Both the position numbers and the translations under genes were made by a program. A stretch of DNA of 33,673 bases from Gammaproteobacteria bacterium (GTDB lineage Bacteria; Pseudomonadota; Gammaproteobacteria; Natronospirales; JAZFYH01). The stretch is taken from positions 1 through 33,673 of the forward strand of contig JAZFYH010000067.1 of NCBI GenBank assembly GCA_036443475.1. Direction: 5' to 3'. The notes beneath the pieces were generated by a model, which was not told the DNA's origin, searched no databases, and was given only the letters and a program-made list of their open reading frames with translations. Positions 9,436-21,045 of this stretch are shown here, in pieces; position 1 is the stretch's first letter, and each line of letters opens with the position of its first letter.

Positions 9436-10327
9436 CGCGTCTTTCACCAATCACGCGAACTTCGCGCTCAAGCCGAATGCCATGAGTTTTTTCAACGGTT
9501 TGCTCAATGTGCAGCATTAGTGCCTCAATATCGGCTGCTGTGGCCCGGCCTTCGTTGATAATAAAATTTGCATGCTTCTCGGATACTCTAGCTCCGCCAA
9601 TCGAGAACCCTTTAAGACCGGCGACCTCAATTAGTCGCGCGGCATGTTCACCCTTTGGATTCCGGAACACGGAACCGCAACTTGGCAAACCTATGGGTTG
9701 CAATGCATTGCGCTTCGCCAGTAGTTCCTTGATTTCGGTGCGGGTTTTCTGTTGCCCTGGGGGGAATTCGAAGATGCCGGCAATGAACCATTCTTCGGCG
9801 GGCCCTTTGACGTACCGGTATCCGATTTCGTATTCGTTGCGTTGCCGAGTTTGAATTTGTCCAGCACGGTTGATCACTTCCACTGCCTTCACCGCATGCC
9901 AGGTTTCGCCGCCGAAAGCACCGGCATTCATAGCCAACGCACCACCCAGTGCGCCTGGAATGCCGGCAAAGAAATCAGCACCCTCGAGTCCCCAGGTTAC
10001 GCATTGCCTGGATAATTTTGCGCAGGTCGTGCCCGCCTGCGCGTAAACCAAGCCGTCCGTTCTGCGCTGCAACTCGACCAGGAATCCTGTAGTGGCGATC
10101 ACGGTGCCGCGGATTCCACCGTCCCGGACAAGCAGGTTGCTCCCGAGGCCAATCCAGTGAATCGGTTCTTTATCTGGGAGTTGTGCGAGAAACGTAGCCA
10201 GATCATCGATATCGGCGGGTTGGAACAACTGATCGACCGGACCGCCTACACGCCACGAGGTGTAACGCGACATGCTTTCACCGTGTTTTACGATGCCGCG
10301 TAGTGACTGTATCGCGTCGTGGGCCAT
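9428..10327 (-). CDS. murB: UDP-N-acetylenolpyruvoylglucosamine reductase
   Basis: MurB motifs are present: YTSWRVGGP, GLGSNLLVRDGG and PSCGSVFRNP. The ATG at 10327 shares one base with the murC TGA (minus strand reads GTGATGG). Confidence 0.95.
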   Translation of the reverse strand: MAHDAIQSLRGIVKHGESMSRYTSWRVGGPVDQLFQPADIDDLATFLAQLPDKEPIHWIGLGSNLLVRDGGIRGTVIATTGFLVELQRRTDGLVYAQAGTTCAKLSRQCVTWGLEGADFFAGIPGALGGALAMNAGAFGGETWHAVKAVEVINRAGQIQTRQRNEYEIGYRYVKGPAEEWFIAGIFEFPPGQQKTRTEIKELLAKRNALQPIGLPSCGSVFRNPKGEHAARLIEVAGLKGFSIGGARVSEKHANFIINEGRATAADIEALMLHIEQTVEKTHGIRLEREVRVIGERRDD

Positions 10328-11742
10328 CACTTAATCGTCCCGGACTCGAGATACTGCGGTATCAAAGCCGCTACGTTTCCAATGTCGCCGGCTCCCATGG
10401 TCAGCAACAAATCACCGCCTTTCAGCAATGACTGTAATGTTGCTGGCAGTTCGTTGACATCGGCCACGTAAATCGGGTCTACCTTGCCACGTTGGCGAAT
10501 TGTCTTGCTCAGACTCTTGCCGTCGGCGCCTTGAATTGCTGCTTCACCTGCCGCGTATACTTCTGTTATGACCAGTACGTCAGGTCGTGAAAGCACTTCC
10601 GAAAAGTCGTCGAACAACTCTTCTGTACGCGAGTAACGATGCGGCTGAAACGCAACGACCAGTCGTCGGTTCGGCCACCCTGCCCTGGCTGCGTCAATTG
10701 TTGCGGCTATTTCGCTCGGATGATGGGCGTAATCGTCAAACATAAGCACCTTCCCGCCATTGACATTGATTTCACCGTGAGCCTGAAAACGACGCGATAC
10801 ACCTTCGAAATTAGCCAGAGCGGCACAGATTTCTTTGTCACCCACGTCCAGTTCATCCGCAACACAAATCGCGGCAAGCGCGTTCAAGACATTGTGATCG
10901 CCTGGCAGATTCAACTGGATATCCAGATCGGCCTGCTGATCCGCACGTTTAACCGTGAATCGTGTAACCGTCCCGTCTTGCCGTATCCGGCTAGCCTGGA
11001 AATCCGCATCTTCGGACTTGATGCCATAGGAGCGGATAGGCCGTTGAATCTGCGGCAACATATCACGCACTACCGGGTCGTCAATACAAACCATTGCATG
11101 ACCGTAGAAAGGTAAATGATGCAAAAACTCGAGGAATGTTTGTCGCAAACGCTGGAAATCACCCTCGTAAGTCTTCAGGTGGTCCGCATCGATGTTGGTC
11201 ACCACTGCTGTGATCGGCTGCAGGTGCAAGAACGAGGCATCGCTTTCGTCCGCCTCAGCAACAAGATATTGTCCAGCTCCAAGACGCGCATTGGTGGCGG
11301 TGCTGTTCAGTCGTCCACCAATAACAAACGTCGGGTCCATACCTGCTTCGGCGAGTATGCTTGCAATAAGACTTGTCGTAGTCGTCTTGCCGTGCGTGCC
11401 TGCAACCGCAATGCCATAGCGGAAACGCATTAGTTCTGCCAACATTTCAGCCCTGGGCACGACCGGAATACGGTCACGCTGAGCCGCAATAATTTCTGGG
11501 TTGCTTTCATCAATGGCGCTTGACACCACTACGACATCGGCACCAGTGATGTTTTCTTCCGCATGACCCAATACAACCGGTATCCCCTGTTTTTCGAGCT
11601 GCTCTGTCGCAGCAGACGCCTTGAGATCCGAACCCTGCACCGCGTAACCAAGATTGAGCAGAACTTCCGCTATACCACTCATGCCAGCTCCGCCGATGCC
11701 GACCATATGAATCCGGTTTGTGCGCCCCATGGCCCGGCTCAT
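10327..11742 (-). CDS. murC: UDP-N-acetylmuramate--L-alanine ligase
   Basis: 471-aa ORF with [18 protein letters not shown], the Mur ligase P-loop [12 protein letters not shown], and [10 protein letters not shown]. Confidence 0.97.
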   Translation of the reverse strand: MSRAMGRTNRIHMVGIGGAGMSGIAEVLLNLGYAVQGSDLKASAATEQLEKQGIPVVLGHAEENITGADVVVVSSAIDESNPEIIAAQRDRIPVVPRAEMLAELMRFRYGIAVAGTHGKTTTTSLIASILAEAGMDPTFVIGGRLNSTATNARLGAGQYLVAEADESDASFLHLQPITAVVTNIDADHLKTYEGDFQRLRQTFLEFLHHLPFYGHAMVCIDDPVVRDMLPQIQRPIRSYGIKSEDADFQASRIRQDGTVTRFTVKRADQQADLDIQLNLPGDHNVLNALAAICVADELDVGDKEICAALANFEGVSRRFQAHGEINVNGGKVLMFDDYAHHPSEIAATIDAARAGWPNRRLVVAFQPHRYSRTEELFDDFSEVLSRPDVLVITEVYAAGEAAIQGADGKSLSKTIRQRGKVDPIYVADVNELPATLQSLLKGGDLLLTMGAGDIGNVAALIPQYLESGTIK

Positions 11743-12833
11743 GACTTAAGCCTCCCGATTGCACGTAAGCATTCGTTCACGACAGACACGGTTGCGTCCG
11801 GGTGTCCCATTGCTCTGACTGCTTCGGCCATGCGCAAGCGCAAATCAGGATCATTTCCCAACTCGGTAATTTCCCTGGTGAGCCGCTCGGCCGTCAGCTC
11901 CGTTTCCGGAATCACTCGCGCTGCGCCAGCGCCAAAAAGATATTCGGCATTTCGCGTCTGGTGATCATCAACAGCATGTGGAAAGGGAACAAAAATAGCC
12001 GCCACACCAACCGCAGAAATCTCGGCCACAGTCATGGCACCGGCACGGCATATCACGATGTCGGTATACGCGAGTTCTTCTGCCACGTGATCCATGAATG
12101 GCACAACTTCTGCCCGCACACGGCTGCCAGCATAAATATCGCGTGCAGTCTCTGCGTGTGCGGCACCGCATTGGTGTCTGACCTGGACTTCAATGTGAGC
12201 TGCGAGCGCATTCACTGCTGTGGGCACGACTTCGTTCAACACGCGCGCGCCCTGACTGCCACCCAAGACAAGAATTCGCAAAATCTCTTCGGTCTTGTGA
12301 GTGCGCAGGGCCGGCGGCGTAATGTCCATAAATTCTTCGCGTAACGGGTTTCCGGTAAGCAGTGTATTTTTACGACTACCAAAGCTGTCAGGGAATGCAG
12401 TCATCACGCAACGAGCAAATCTTGCGAGAACCCTATTCGTGACCCCGGCAACTGCATTCTGTTCATGTACGAATAGCGGGCAGTGAGTTAGCCAGGCCGC
12501 GACACCTCCGGGTCCGGCAACAAAGCCACCCATACCAATCATGAATATCGGTTTGCGGCGGCGAATAATGGCAGCCGCCTGCCAGATAGCACGCACGATT
12601 CGTACTGGCGCTATGAGCAAGCTTGTTATTCCTTTGCCGCGTACCCCACTGATGTTGATCCATTCAATGTCCACACCAGCTTCCGGAACTACCTTTGCTT
12701 CCAGGCCGGCATGTGTCCCCATCCATACCGGCAGAAACCCACGTGCATCGAGTTCCCTTGCTACGGCGAGCGCAGGGAAAACGTGCCCGCCGGTTCCGCC
12801 CGCAACAACCATGACGGCTTCCCTGTCTTTCAT
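11739..12833 (-). CDS. murG: Undecaprenyldiphospho-muramoylpentapeptide beta-N-acetylglucosaminyltransferase
   Basis: The N-terminal G-loop [18 protein letters not shown] is present, with GT28 C-terminal motifs. The start is set at the ATG at 12833, which forms an ATGA overlap with the ftsW stop. The track start at 12857 would add 8 residues with no homology. Confidence 0.95.
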   Translation of the reverse strand: MKDREAVMVVAGGTGGHVFPALAVARELDARGFLPVWMGTHAGLEAKVVPEAGVDIEWINISGVRGKGITSLLIAPVRIVRAIWQAAAIIRRRKPIFMIGMGGFVAGPGGVAAWLTHCPLFVHEQNAVAGVTNRVLARFARCVMTAFPDSFGSRKNTLLTGNPLREEFMDITPPALRTHKTEEILRILVLGGSQGARVLNEVVPTAVNALAAHIEVQVRHQCGAAHAETARDIYAGSRVRAEVVPFMDHVAEELAYTDIVICRAGAMTVAEISAVGVAAIFVPFPHAVDDHQTRNAEYLFGAGAARVIPETELTAERLTREITELGNDPDLRLRMAEAVRAMGHPDATVSVVNECLRAIGRLKS

Positions 12834-14008
12834 GCCATCACCTCCTTCCTCAACCACAGATCACGGTCGGATTCCTGGCACTCACGGGCAACCCGCATCA
12901 CAAGACCTATTGCGAAACAGCAAACCAGCAAGCTGGAGCCACCTGCACTGACAAATGGCAGAGTCAATCCCTTGGTGGGGAGTACACCCATGTTTACGCC
13001 AAGATTTATGAAGGCTTGTAATCCAATCCAGGTTCCGATTCCCCACGACAGGTAAGCACCAAACATCTGTTCACGCCTTGCCGCCGTGGCCGCAATCGCG
13101 AAAATTCTCGAGACCAACAATAGATACAAACCAATTACAACCAGCGAACCAAATAATCCCGTTTCTTCAGCGATGACCGCAAATACGAAATCGGTGTGGG
13201 CTTCTGGCAAATAGAATAGTTTTTGCACACTGGCACCCAGCCCAACACCAACCCATTCACCTCTTCCAATTGCAATTAGCGATTGGGTCAACTGGAAACC
13301 GCTGTTGAAAGGATCTGCCCAGGGGTCCAGAAATCCGGTAAGGCGTTGCAAGCGGTATGACGAAGACATCGCCAAACCGATGAAAACCAGCATTGCAACA
13401 GAAAGCAGGACAGTTAAATCACGCAATCGCACGCCACCAATGAAGAACATTGCCAAAGCGGTAGCGAGCAGCACCAACGCGGCACCGAAATCCGGTTCTG
13501 CCAGCAAAAGCAAAGAAGCGGAAAAAACCAGTAGCAACGGCCGGATGAAGCCGCCGAAACTTGTCAGCACCTCTTCCTGCCGTTTCACCATGTATGCGGC
13601 CAGGTATATATAAATAAACAGCCGTGCCGGTTCCGAAGCCTGTACGCCGACCGGGCCAAACCTGATCCAGCGAATGCTGCCGTTCACTTCGTAGCCGATA
13701 CCAGGAACGAGAACCATCATCAGCAGGCCAAACGCCGCAAGCAGCAGCACTCCGCGGCTGGCTTGCCAAAAACGTAGCGGCATGATCCACGCGAATACCG
13801 CCGCAAGCAACCCGGCTATGGTGAATAACGCCTGCTTGCGCGTGTAATAAAACGGCAACCCATACTCACTTTCTGCAATTGATAGCGACGCGGAAGTAAC
13901 AAACACGATGCCTATTGCCAGCAAAGACAGCATGGCAAATAGCAACCATGGATCAACGTGCTCCTGCCGCACGCCAGCAATGCGTTGTCTGCCGATCGCG
14001 GGTTTCAT
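12830..14008 (-). CDS. ftsW: SEDS-family peptidoglycan glycosyltransferase FtsW
   Basis: 392-aa polytopic membrane protein with FtsW/RodA/SpoVE motifs (QPSEPARL-like SEPARLFIYIYLAAY; LPEAHTDFVFAVIAEETG; GLTLPFVSAGGSS). Position is murD-ftsW-murG. Confidence 0.93.
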   Translation of the reverse strand: MKPAIGRQRIAGVRQEHVDPWLLFAMLSLLAIGIVFVTSASLSIAESEYGLPFYYTRKQALFTIAGLLAAVFAWIMPLRFWQASRGVLLLAAFGLLMMVLVPGIGYEVNGSIRWIRFGPVGVQASEPARLFIYIYLAAYMVKRQEEVLTSFGGFIRPLLLVFSASLLLLAEPDFGAALVLLATALAMFFIGGVRLRDLTVLLSVAMLVFIGLAMSSSYRLQRLTGFLDPWADPFNSGFQLTQSLIAIGRGEWVGVGLGASVQKLFYLPEAHTDFVFAVIAEETGLFGSLVVIGLYLLLVSRIFAIAATAARREQMFGAYLSWGIGTWIGLQAFINLGVNMGVLPTKGLTLPFVSAGGSSLLVCCFAIGLVMRVARECQESDRDLWLRKEVMA

Positions 14009-15366
14009 GACGTCACCTCGTGTACAGCGTGCATGAATACTTCGCCTCTCTCGGCAAAACCTGAAAACATGTCCAGACTTGAGCAGGCAGGAGACAACAA
14101 AACCGTGTCGCCCTTTTGTGCAACGCGGTGCGCCGTATTGACCGCTGCGGGAATATCCTCAACCTGGCATACATCTGTCTCGGCTTGTAATGCGTCTGCC
14201 AGCTTTTCGGCGTCCTTGCCAAAAAGTATGGCGTTACGCACTTTGTTTCTTGCAACAGTGGCAAGTGGCCTGAAATCAGCCCCTTTGCTCTCTCCTCCGG
14301 CGATCAGAACGATCGGTCCGGGCAGTCCTTCCAGGGCCGCAAGCGTTGCACCCACGTTCGTCCCCTTGGAATCATTTATCCAGGTAACGCCTTTCGATTC
14401 AGTCACCCATTGCATGCGGTGCGGAAGACCGGCAAACCTGGAAAACACTTCTCGTACAATTTCATTTTCCACATCAATTAAGTCGGTAAAACACCTAACG
14501 GCGAGCGCATTCATGACGTTATGTGTGGCGCGAAAGCGCAGGTCCGCTACAGGCATGAGCAAACGAGATCCCATACATAACCACGGTTGGCCATTGACCT
14601 GCGCGACACCCGCTTCGAGTTCGTTCCGCGGCGCGCCAACACCAAAAGTCCTGCAAGACACTGCCTGCTTGGCCATCCTGGAAACAAAGGGATCATCACG
14701 GTTCAGGATCAGGTGTTGTGCGAATGAAAGCAGTCGTGATTTTGCAGCAGCATACTGCTCAATGTCAGTGTAACGATCGAGATGGTCTGCACTGATATTA
14801 AGCACCGTAGCAGCAAACGCATTAAATTCGTGCGTGAGGTCAATTTGAAAACTCGACAATTCCAGTGCGTAATAATCCGGCACGGTGTTATCGAGTAATT
14901 CGAGTACTGGCGTACCTATATTTCCACCTATCCCGATTTCTTTACCTGCCGCGCACAATACTTCGCCGAGCAGCGTAGTTACCGTACTCTTGCCGTTCGA
15001 ACCGGTTACCGCGAGAATCCTAGCATCGGCGACCTGGCTAAATAGTTCGATATCACCGCACAATGAAACCCCACTGGAACGCAGTTGCCGAATAAAGGAA
15101 TCATCCAAAGGCACACCGGGTGAGACAACCGCCGATTCGGCAAACCCGACTAGCGATTGCGGAAACCCGCCAACATGAATGCTCTCATCCGGCAATAGTT
15201 TCTTAACAGCATCCAGGCTTGGCGGCGATTGGCGGTTATCTGTCACGACGACTTCGTGACCTGCCGCCAACAGGAAACGCACGCAGGACAAACCGGTATT
15301 GCCAAGCCCTACAACCAAGATTTTCTTTCTGTCGTGTTTCACTGCTAATTCCAAGTTACACGCCAC
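14005..15366 (-). CDS. murD: UDP-N-acetylmuramoylalanine--D-glutamate ligase
   Basis: 453-aa ORF with the Rossmann motif VVGLGNTGLS and the Mur ligase P-loop AVTGSNGKSTV. Position is mraY-murD-ftsW. Confidence 0.96.
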   Translation of the reverse strand: MACNLELAVKHDRKKILVVGLGNTGLSCVRFLLAAGHEVVVTDNRQSPPSLDAVKKLLPDESIHVGGFPQSLVGFAESAVVSPGVPLDDSFIRQLRSSGVSLCGDIELFSQVADARILAVTGSNGKSTVTTLLGEVLCAAGKEIGIGGNIGTPVLELLDNTVPDYYALELSSFQIDLTHEFNAFAATVLNISADHLDRYTDIEQYAAAKSRLLSFAQHLILNRDDPFVSRMAKQAVSCRTFGVGAPRNELEAGVAQVNGQPWLCMGSRLLMPVADLRFRATHNVMNALAVRCFTDLIDVENEIVREVFSRFAGLPHRMQWVTESKGVTWINDSKGTNVGATLAALEGLPGPIVLIAGGESKGADFRPLATVARNKVRNAILFGKDAEKLADALQAETDVCQVEDIPAAVNTAHRVAQKGDTVLLSPACSSLDMFSGFAERGEVFMHAVHEVTS

Positions 15367-15372
15367 CTTTGA

Positions 15373-16455
15373 TCAACGAATTTTTAAAGTCGACAAACCG
15401 ATCAACACCAGAATGACGGTTATGATCCAGAAACGAACGATCACTCGAGGTTCGGGCCAACCTTTCAGTTCAAAGTGATGGTGCAATGGCGCCATGCGAA
15501 ACAGGCGCTTCCCGGTAAAACGATACGACACAACTTGTAGAATGACCGATACGGTTTCCACCACGAATACGCCGCCCATGATGAATAGCACAAGTTCCTG
15601 CCGCACGATCACCGCTAACACACCAAGCGCCGCCCCGAGCGCAAGCGCACCGATGTCGCCCATGAATACCTGCGCCGGGTAGGCGTTGTACCAGAGAAAA
15701 GCCAGACCCGCGCCGACCAGTGCGCCACAAAAAACAACCACTTCGCCGGCCCCTGGTAAGTAAGGAATGCCAAGATAGGTTGCAAAATAAATGTTGCCCG
15801 AGGCGTATCCAAAAACACCCAGCGCACCTCCAACAAGGACTGCTGGCATTATTGCCAGACCGTCGAGCCCATCCGTGAGATTTACGGCATTACTGCTTCC
15901 CACAACAACGAGATACGCCAACACTACGTACCCTGAGCCAAGGGGAATCGCTACATTCTTGAAAAACGGAACAATCAATTGCGTTTCCGCTGGAACTTGT
16001 GCGGTCTTGTAAAGCACGAGAGCGGCGGTCAGCCCGGCAATCGATTGCCAAAAATACTTCCAGCGCCCACTCAATCCCTTTGAATCACCGAGTACCAGTT
16101 TCTTGTAGTCATCCACGAAGCCGATCAGACCAAACGAAGCGAGAACACCGATCAGCACCCATACATAGCGGTTGCCCAGATCCGACCAAAGCAAGGTACT
16201 GACCAGAATGGCTGCCAATATCAACACACCACCCATAGTTGGCGTACCGGCCTTTGAAAGGTGTGACAACGGTCCGTCGTCACGAACCGTCTGGCCGATT
16301 TGCCGAAACGTCAAGTGACGAATCATCCACGGCCCACAGATGAATCCGAATAACAGCGCGGTCAATGCACCTAGAATCGCGCGAACCGTTAAGTACTGGA
16401 ACAGATTGAATCCTGAGTAAATATCGGAAAGAAATTTCGCCAATTCCAATAACAT
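15373..16455 (-). CDS. mraY: Phospho-N-acetylmuramoyl-pentapeptide transferase
   Basis: 360-aa polytopic membrane protein with [20 protein letters not shown] and APLHHHFE motifs. Confidence 0.97.
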   Translation of the reverse strand: MLLELAKFLSDIYSGFNLFQYLTVRAILGALTALLFGFICGPWMIRHLTFRQIGQTVRDDGPLSHLSKAGTPTMGGVLILAAILVSTLLWSDLGNRYVWVLIGVLASFGLIGFVDDYKKLVLGDSKGLSGRWKYFWQSIAGLTAALVLYKTAQVPAETQLIVPFFKNVAIPLGSGYVVLAYLVVVGSSNAVNLTDGLDGLAIMPAVLVGGALGVFGYASGNIYFATYLGIPYLPGAGEVVVFCGALVGAGLAFLWYNAYPAQVFMGDIGALALGAALGVLAVIVRQELVLFIMGGVFVVETVSVILQVVSYRFTGKRLFRMAPLHHHFELKGWPEPRVIVRFWIITVILVLIGLSTLKIR

Positions 16456-16457
16456 TT

Positions 16458-17822
16458 TTAGCCCCTCTTCTCGGCGGCACTCGTCAGCGCTTCCACTACT
16501 CTTTCCATGCGCATTCCACGAGAACCCTTGACCAGCACGGTAATCCCCGGAGTGATATCTTTGCGTAGCCGTTCGTTAAGCTGGTCCATATCCTGAAAAT
16601 GAATGGCATTCATGCCGAATCCGGAAACAGCCTCTTTGCTTGCATCGCCAAAGGTGTAGAGACGCTGTACGCCAAGACGTTTCGCTTCAACGCCGGCTTT
16701 GCGGTGCATTGCCTGTGATTTCTCACCAAGCTCTTTCATGTCACCAAGCACCAACCACGCAGTACCGCCTAGCGATACCAGCCACTGCAATGCAGCCGAC
16801 AAGGACAGCGGATTGGCGTTGTAGGTATCGTTGATGATTTTCATCCCTGCGGCGGTATCAATGATTTGTAAACGACCTGTAGCTCCCCTGGCTTGCTTCA
16901 GACCGCTTTGGATACTTTGCAAGCTCGCACCGGCCGCCCACGCAGCTGCCGCAGCCGCCAGAGCATTATTGACGTTGTGCATACCCGGCAGTGGCAACTC
17001 GATCTCAATCTCACCATCGGGCGACTGGAGATCGAATCGTGATACCGCGCCACTCTGACTGATGGCATCTCGATCAACATGGAAGTCCGCATTCGTCACA
17101 AAACCAAACGTCACGATGCGCCGATCACCGGCAATATCTCTCCAGTAATCGTAAAAAGGTTCGTCAGCGTTGATGACTGCCGTGCCGCTGCCAGGTAGGC
17201 CGACAAAAAGTTCGCCCTTCGTTTCTGCCACGCCTTGCACGCTACCGAAACCTGCCAGATGTGCAGGACCAACGTTTGCAACGACACCAACATCTGGCCG
17301 TGCAATTTCCGTTAAGCGCGCAATTTCGCCTTTCTTGTCGGCACCTAATTCGATCACTGCATAATTGTGCGACTCGCGCATGCGCAACAGGGTAAGCGGC
17401 AAACCAATGTCATTGTTGTGATTGCCTTCCGTGGCCAACGTCTCCCCTATGCAACTCATGATTTGGCCGCAAGTATTTTTGACCGTTGTTTTTCCACTGC
17501 TGCCAGTTATGCCAATAACAGGGCACGAAAAATTTCTGCGCCAGGCTTCGGCGAAATCACCTAACGCCCGCCGTGTATCGCTAACAACCACTTCAGGCAA
17601 TCCGGAATTCATCGCTTGATTGACAACAAGGCCGACGGCACCCCGCGATTTGGCCTGTGCAATGAAGTCATGGCCGTCAAAATTCGGCCCACTGATTGCA
17701 AGAAACACAGCGCCTGCCTGTGGATTACGCGAATCGATGGAAATTTCCGAAAAAGAGATGTTGTTTCCAGCCAGTTCACCACCGGTTGTCAGGGCAAAAT
17801 CCTTCATGGTCCGCGAGGTCAT
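16458..17822 (-). CDS. murF: UDP-N-acetylmuramoyl-tripeptide--D-alanyl-D-alanine ligase
   Basis: Mur ligase P-loop [10 protein letters not shown] is present, with DTYNANP and C-terminal domain motifs. The start is set at the ATG at 17822, which forms an ATGA overlap with the murE stop. A GTG at 17831 is the alternative. Confidence 0.95.
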   Translation of the reverse strand: MTSRTMKDFALTTGGELAGNNISFSEISIDSRNPQAGAVFLAISGPNFDGHDFIAQAKSRGAVGLVVNQAMNSGLPEVVVSDTRRALGDFAEAWRRNFSCPVIGITGSSGKTTVKNTCGQIMSCIGETLATEGNHNNDIGLPLTLLRMRESHNYAVIELGADKKGEIARLTEIARPDVGVVANVGPAHLAGFGSVQGVAETKGELFVGLPGSGTAVINADEPFYDYWRDIAGDRRIVTFGFVTNADFHVDRDAISQSGAVSRFDLQSPDGEIEIELPLPGMHNVNNALAAAAAAWAAGASLQSIQSGLKQARGATGRLQIIDTAAGMKIINDTYNANPLSLSAALQWLVSLGGTAWLVLGDMKELGEKSQAMHRKAGVEAKRLGVQRLYTFGDASKEAVSGFGMNAIHFQDMDQLNERLRKDITPGITVLVKGSRGMRMERVVEALTSAAEKRG

Positions 17823-19327
17823 GCTACCCACTCCTCCAATGACCGGGTGACAATGTCACGGTCGCTGAAATATTTTTTACCCGCTGCGGTGATCTGGTAT
17901 TCCTCGTGCCCCTTTCCGGCCACGAGTACAACATCATCAGACTTCGCATGACCGATTGCCGTTTTTATTGCGCTGGCACGATCATGTATGACGCTCGCGT
18001 GATCCGGTTGTTGCATGCCGGCGAGAATTTCCTGCACGATCTCTGAGGCCTGTTCGGTGCGCGGGTTATCATCGGTAACAACAACGTGATCCGCCAACCG
18101 TTCCGCGATCCTGCCCATCTCAGTTCGCTTGCCACGATCACGGTCACCACCACAACCGAATACGCAGAAAAGTTGTCCGCGCGTATGCGCACGTGCTGCG
18201 TTCAAGGATTGCAGCAGCGCGTCCGGAGTGTGTGCATAATCTACAATGACTACCGGCACGGATTGACCGCCGAACCGCTCCATTCGGCCTGTTATTTGCT
18301 TTACGTCTTGCAGCACGGCAACAGCGGTCTCGAGCGGAATTTCCTGACCCAGCAGAACACCAATCACGGCCAGTACATTGTAGACGTTGAAGCGGCCAAT
18401 TAGCGGAACATCAACCCTGGCCTCGGCACCATCAAACACTGCGGTAAACGACAAGCCCAGTTCGGTATAGTCGATTTCTCGGGCTGTAAGTATGTGAATT
18501 CCATCGAAGGAATTTGTATCCAGTGCGCCAATGCCATACCCAACAACCATCGGTACATTCCGAACTAACTTGATGAACTCTTGCCCTACCGGGTCTTCGG
18601 CATTGATAACAGCACATTGCAAGCCGGCTGTTGAGAATAATCGGCTTTTCGCTACAGCGTATGCACCCTCGTTCTCATGGTAATCAAGATGATCGCGCGT
18701 GATATTCGTGAATACTACCGTGTGAAAGTGCACACCACTGACTCGGCCCTGGTCCAATGCGTGCGATGTCACTTCCATGACAACGCAGTTGCACGCAGCT
18801 TCCATGAAGTTCACCAGTTGCTGTTGCAACTGCAAAACCTCCGGTGTCGTCAGTTCACCAGGCAATATTTTTCCGGGACGTCCCGTACCTAACGTACCTA
18901 TCACACCACAACCGGTGCCGTTGAGTTCCAGTGCCTGCGCAACCAGATGGGATACTGTAGTTTTCCCATTCGTGCCTGTGACACCAATGACACTCAGCGT
19001 ATCGCTGGGTTGATCGAAAAATTTCGCTGTTATTTCGCCCGCGCTAATCGAAAAATCTTTCAGCGCGGCCGCAAAAATATCTTCGGGCAATTGAGGGGGT
19101 GTAATGGATTCAGCCGTTTCCCAAAGAACTGCTGCCGCGCCACGTTGCATAGCTTGCGCAACGAAAGTCAAACCATGTGTTGCAATACCATTGCGTGCAA
19201 GAAACAGACTGCCTGGTGTCACTGTTCTGCTATCAAATGACACGGCGGAAATTTCGCAATCACTTTCCGCCGGAACGTCAATAATTCCCCTTAGCAAGTC
19301 CGACAAGAGTTTGCGGCGCACTGTCAT
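17819..19327 (-). CDS. murE: UDP-N-acetylmuramoyl-L-alanyl-D-glutamate--2,6-diaminopimelate ligase
   Basis: 502-aa ORF with GVTGTNGKTT, VMEVTSHAL and DYAHTPDAL. The DNPR motif (VTDDNPRTE) is typical of meso-DAP-adding MurE. Confidence 0.96.
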   Translation of the reverse strand: MTVRRKLLSDLLRGIIDVPAESDCEISAVSFDSRTVTPGSLFLARNGIATHGLTFVAQAMQRGAAAVLWETAESITPPQLPEDIFAAALKDFSISAGEITAKFFDQPSDTLSVIGVTGTNGKTTVSHLVAQALELNGTGCGVIGTLGTGRPGKILPGELTTPEVLQLQQQLVNFMEAACNCVVMEVTSHALDQGRVSGVHFHTVVFTNITRDHLDYHENEGAYAVAKSRLFSTAGLQCAVINAEDPVGQEFIKLVRNVPMVVGYGIGALDTNSFDGIHILTAREIDYTELGLSFTAVFDGAEARVDVPLIGRFNVYNVLAVIGVLLGQEIPLETAVAVLQDVKQITGRMERFGGQSVPVVIVDYAHTPDALLQSLNAARAHTRGQLFCVFGCGGDRDRGKRTEMGRIAERLADHVVVTDDNPRTEQASEIVQEILAGMQQPDHASVIHDRASAIKTAIGHAKSDDVVLVAGKGHEEYQITAAGKKYFSDRDIVTRSLEEWVA

Positions 19328-21045
19328 GGTGTGTACCTCGCCGCAACTATTGTTTCTGGCTCATCGTCCAGCGTTTTGTTTGAATCCGGCGGCACATCCA
19401 GTAAACGTAACGCACCACTCATAACCCTGGAGAAAACCGGAGCAGCTACAACGCTGCCGTAGTAATTGCCGGTAGAGGGTTCATCAATCACAACGACTGC
19501 GACCAAGCGCGGATCGGACACCGGTGCCATGCCGGCAAAAATGCTGACATGCCGTTCGGTTGAATACCCACCAGCGATGGCCTTGCGCGCCGTCCCGGTT
19601 TTACCGGCTACACGGTAGCCGTCAACAGCCGCCCGATGTCCGGTACCGTCACTACTAACCACAGCTTCCATCATGCCGCGCACGGTTCTTGCGGTTTTGG
19701 CGCTGATAATCGACTCACCGTGCGGCCGCTTGTTATTCACAAGGATACTCAGTGGCTTGCGAACACCGTCCTCGGCAATGATCGAATAGGCTTGCGCCAG
19801 TTGCAGGGGCGTCACGGCTACTCCGTAACCGTATGCAAGCGTGGCCTGGCCAATTGGACGCCAGCGCTGATAATGCGCAAGCTTTCCGGTCGATTCACCA
19901 GGCAGTCCGCTACCGGTGGGTGAACCAAACCCGAACCGTGTCAGCGTAGACCAGAGGTAATCACCTTTGAGCGACAAGGCAATTTTGCTGGCACCAACAT
20001 TAACGGAGCGTTTTAATACTGTTGTTACGTCAATAACACCGTAATTGCGCTCATCTTCCACGGCATAGCCACCAACTTTCAGTATTCCCGGGCTTGTATC
20101 AATTAGCGTGTCCGGAGTGACGCGACCGGCTTCTATTGCCGCAGCGATCGGGAACGGTTTGAAGCTTGATCCTGGTTCAAATTGGTCGGTCACCGCGCGA
20201 TTGCGGTAATGCTCGCCAATCAGACTGTCACGATTGTTTGGGTTAAAAGAGGGTTGATTTGCCAGCGCAAGAATTTCACTGGTTTTTGAATCAACAACAA
20301 CAATCGAACCGGACTTGGCGTTATTTTCCTGAATGACTGCCTTGAGCTCTCTATAGGCCAGGTACTGAATCCGCAGATCAATGCTTGAAACAAGCGTTTT
20401 ACCCGGTTCCGGACTGCGAATGTTTTCCACATTCTCGACTGTGCGTCCTAGCCGGTCTCGCAAAACACGCTTTGCACCATTTCTGCCCCGCAACCAGTCA
20501 TCGAATGCCAGTTCAAGTCCTTCCTGCCCTTCGTCATCAATGTTAGTAAATCCAAGCATGTGAGCCGTCACTTCGGATGCCGGATAAAAGCGGCGATACT
20601 CACGTAGCAAATACACGCCGGGAATTTCTTCGGACGTGATTCGAGCTGCATCGTTGGGACTCATATGACGCCGCACGTAAACGAAATCGCGTTCAAGACG
20701 TTCGGTAACCTTTTGTTTCAGTACGCCAGGTTCAAGGCCGGTCAGATACGCGAGGCGTGAAAGATCGGAATCGAGGTTTTGCAATTCCTTTGGATTGACC
20801 CAAACCGAATCAACTGTGGTACTCACAGCCAGCGGTTCACCATTCCTGGCTGTAATCATTCCGCGATGCGCCTGGATTACGTCCGTGCGCAAATGACGTG
20901 CGTCTCCCTGGTCCTGTAAAAACTGGTTATCCAGCACTTGCAATTCGACAGCGCGCCAAATAAGCAGAGCCGCTGTAAGCATGTAACCAGCAGCTATCAA
21001 GTGCGCTCGCCACCGCCACTTACGATTCGTGACTACTTCGATCAT
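19324..21045 (-). CDS. ftsI: Peptidoglycan D,D-transpeptidase FtsI (PBP3)
   Basis: 573-aa ORF with an N-terminal TM anchor. It has the class B PBP motifs SxxK (GSSFKPF), SxN (RSVNVG) and KTG (GKTGTA). Confidence 0.95.
   Translation of the reverse strand: MIEVVTNRKWRWRAHLIAAGYMLTAALLIWRAVELQVLDNQFLQDQGDARHLRTDVIQAHRGMITARNGEPLAVSTTVDSVWVNPKELQNLDSDLSRLAYLTGLEPGVLKQKVTERLERDFVYVRRHMSPNDAARITSEEIPGVYLLREYRRFYPASEVTAHMLGFTNIDDEGQEGLELAFDDWLRGRNGAKRVLRDRLGRTVENVENIRSPEPGKTLVSSIDLRIQYLAYRELKAVIQENNAKSGSIVVVDSKTSEILALANQPSFNPNNRDSLIGEHYRNRAVTDQFEPGSSFKPFPIAAAIEAGRVTPDTLIDTSPGILKVGGYAVEDERNYGVIDVTTVLKRSVNVGASKIALSLKGDYLWSTLTRFGFGSPTGSGLPGESTGKLAHYQRWRPIGQATLAYGYGVAVTPLQLAQAYSIIAEDGVRKPLSILVNNKRPHGESIISAKTARTVRGMMEAVVSSDGTGHRAAVDGYRVAGKTGTARKAIAGGYSTERHVSIFAGMAPVSDPRLVAVVVIDEPSTGNYYGSVVAAPVFSRVMSGALRLLDVPPDSNKTLDDEPETIVAARYTP

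Noticed and set aside
13958-14773. 271-aa plus-strand ORF
   Set aside because: It is antisense to murD, has no motifs and is rich in Ser/Ala/Cys, so it is a shadow ORF.
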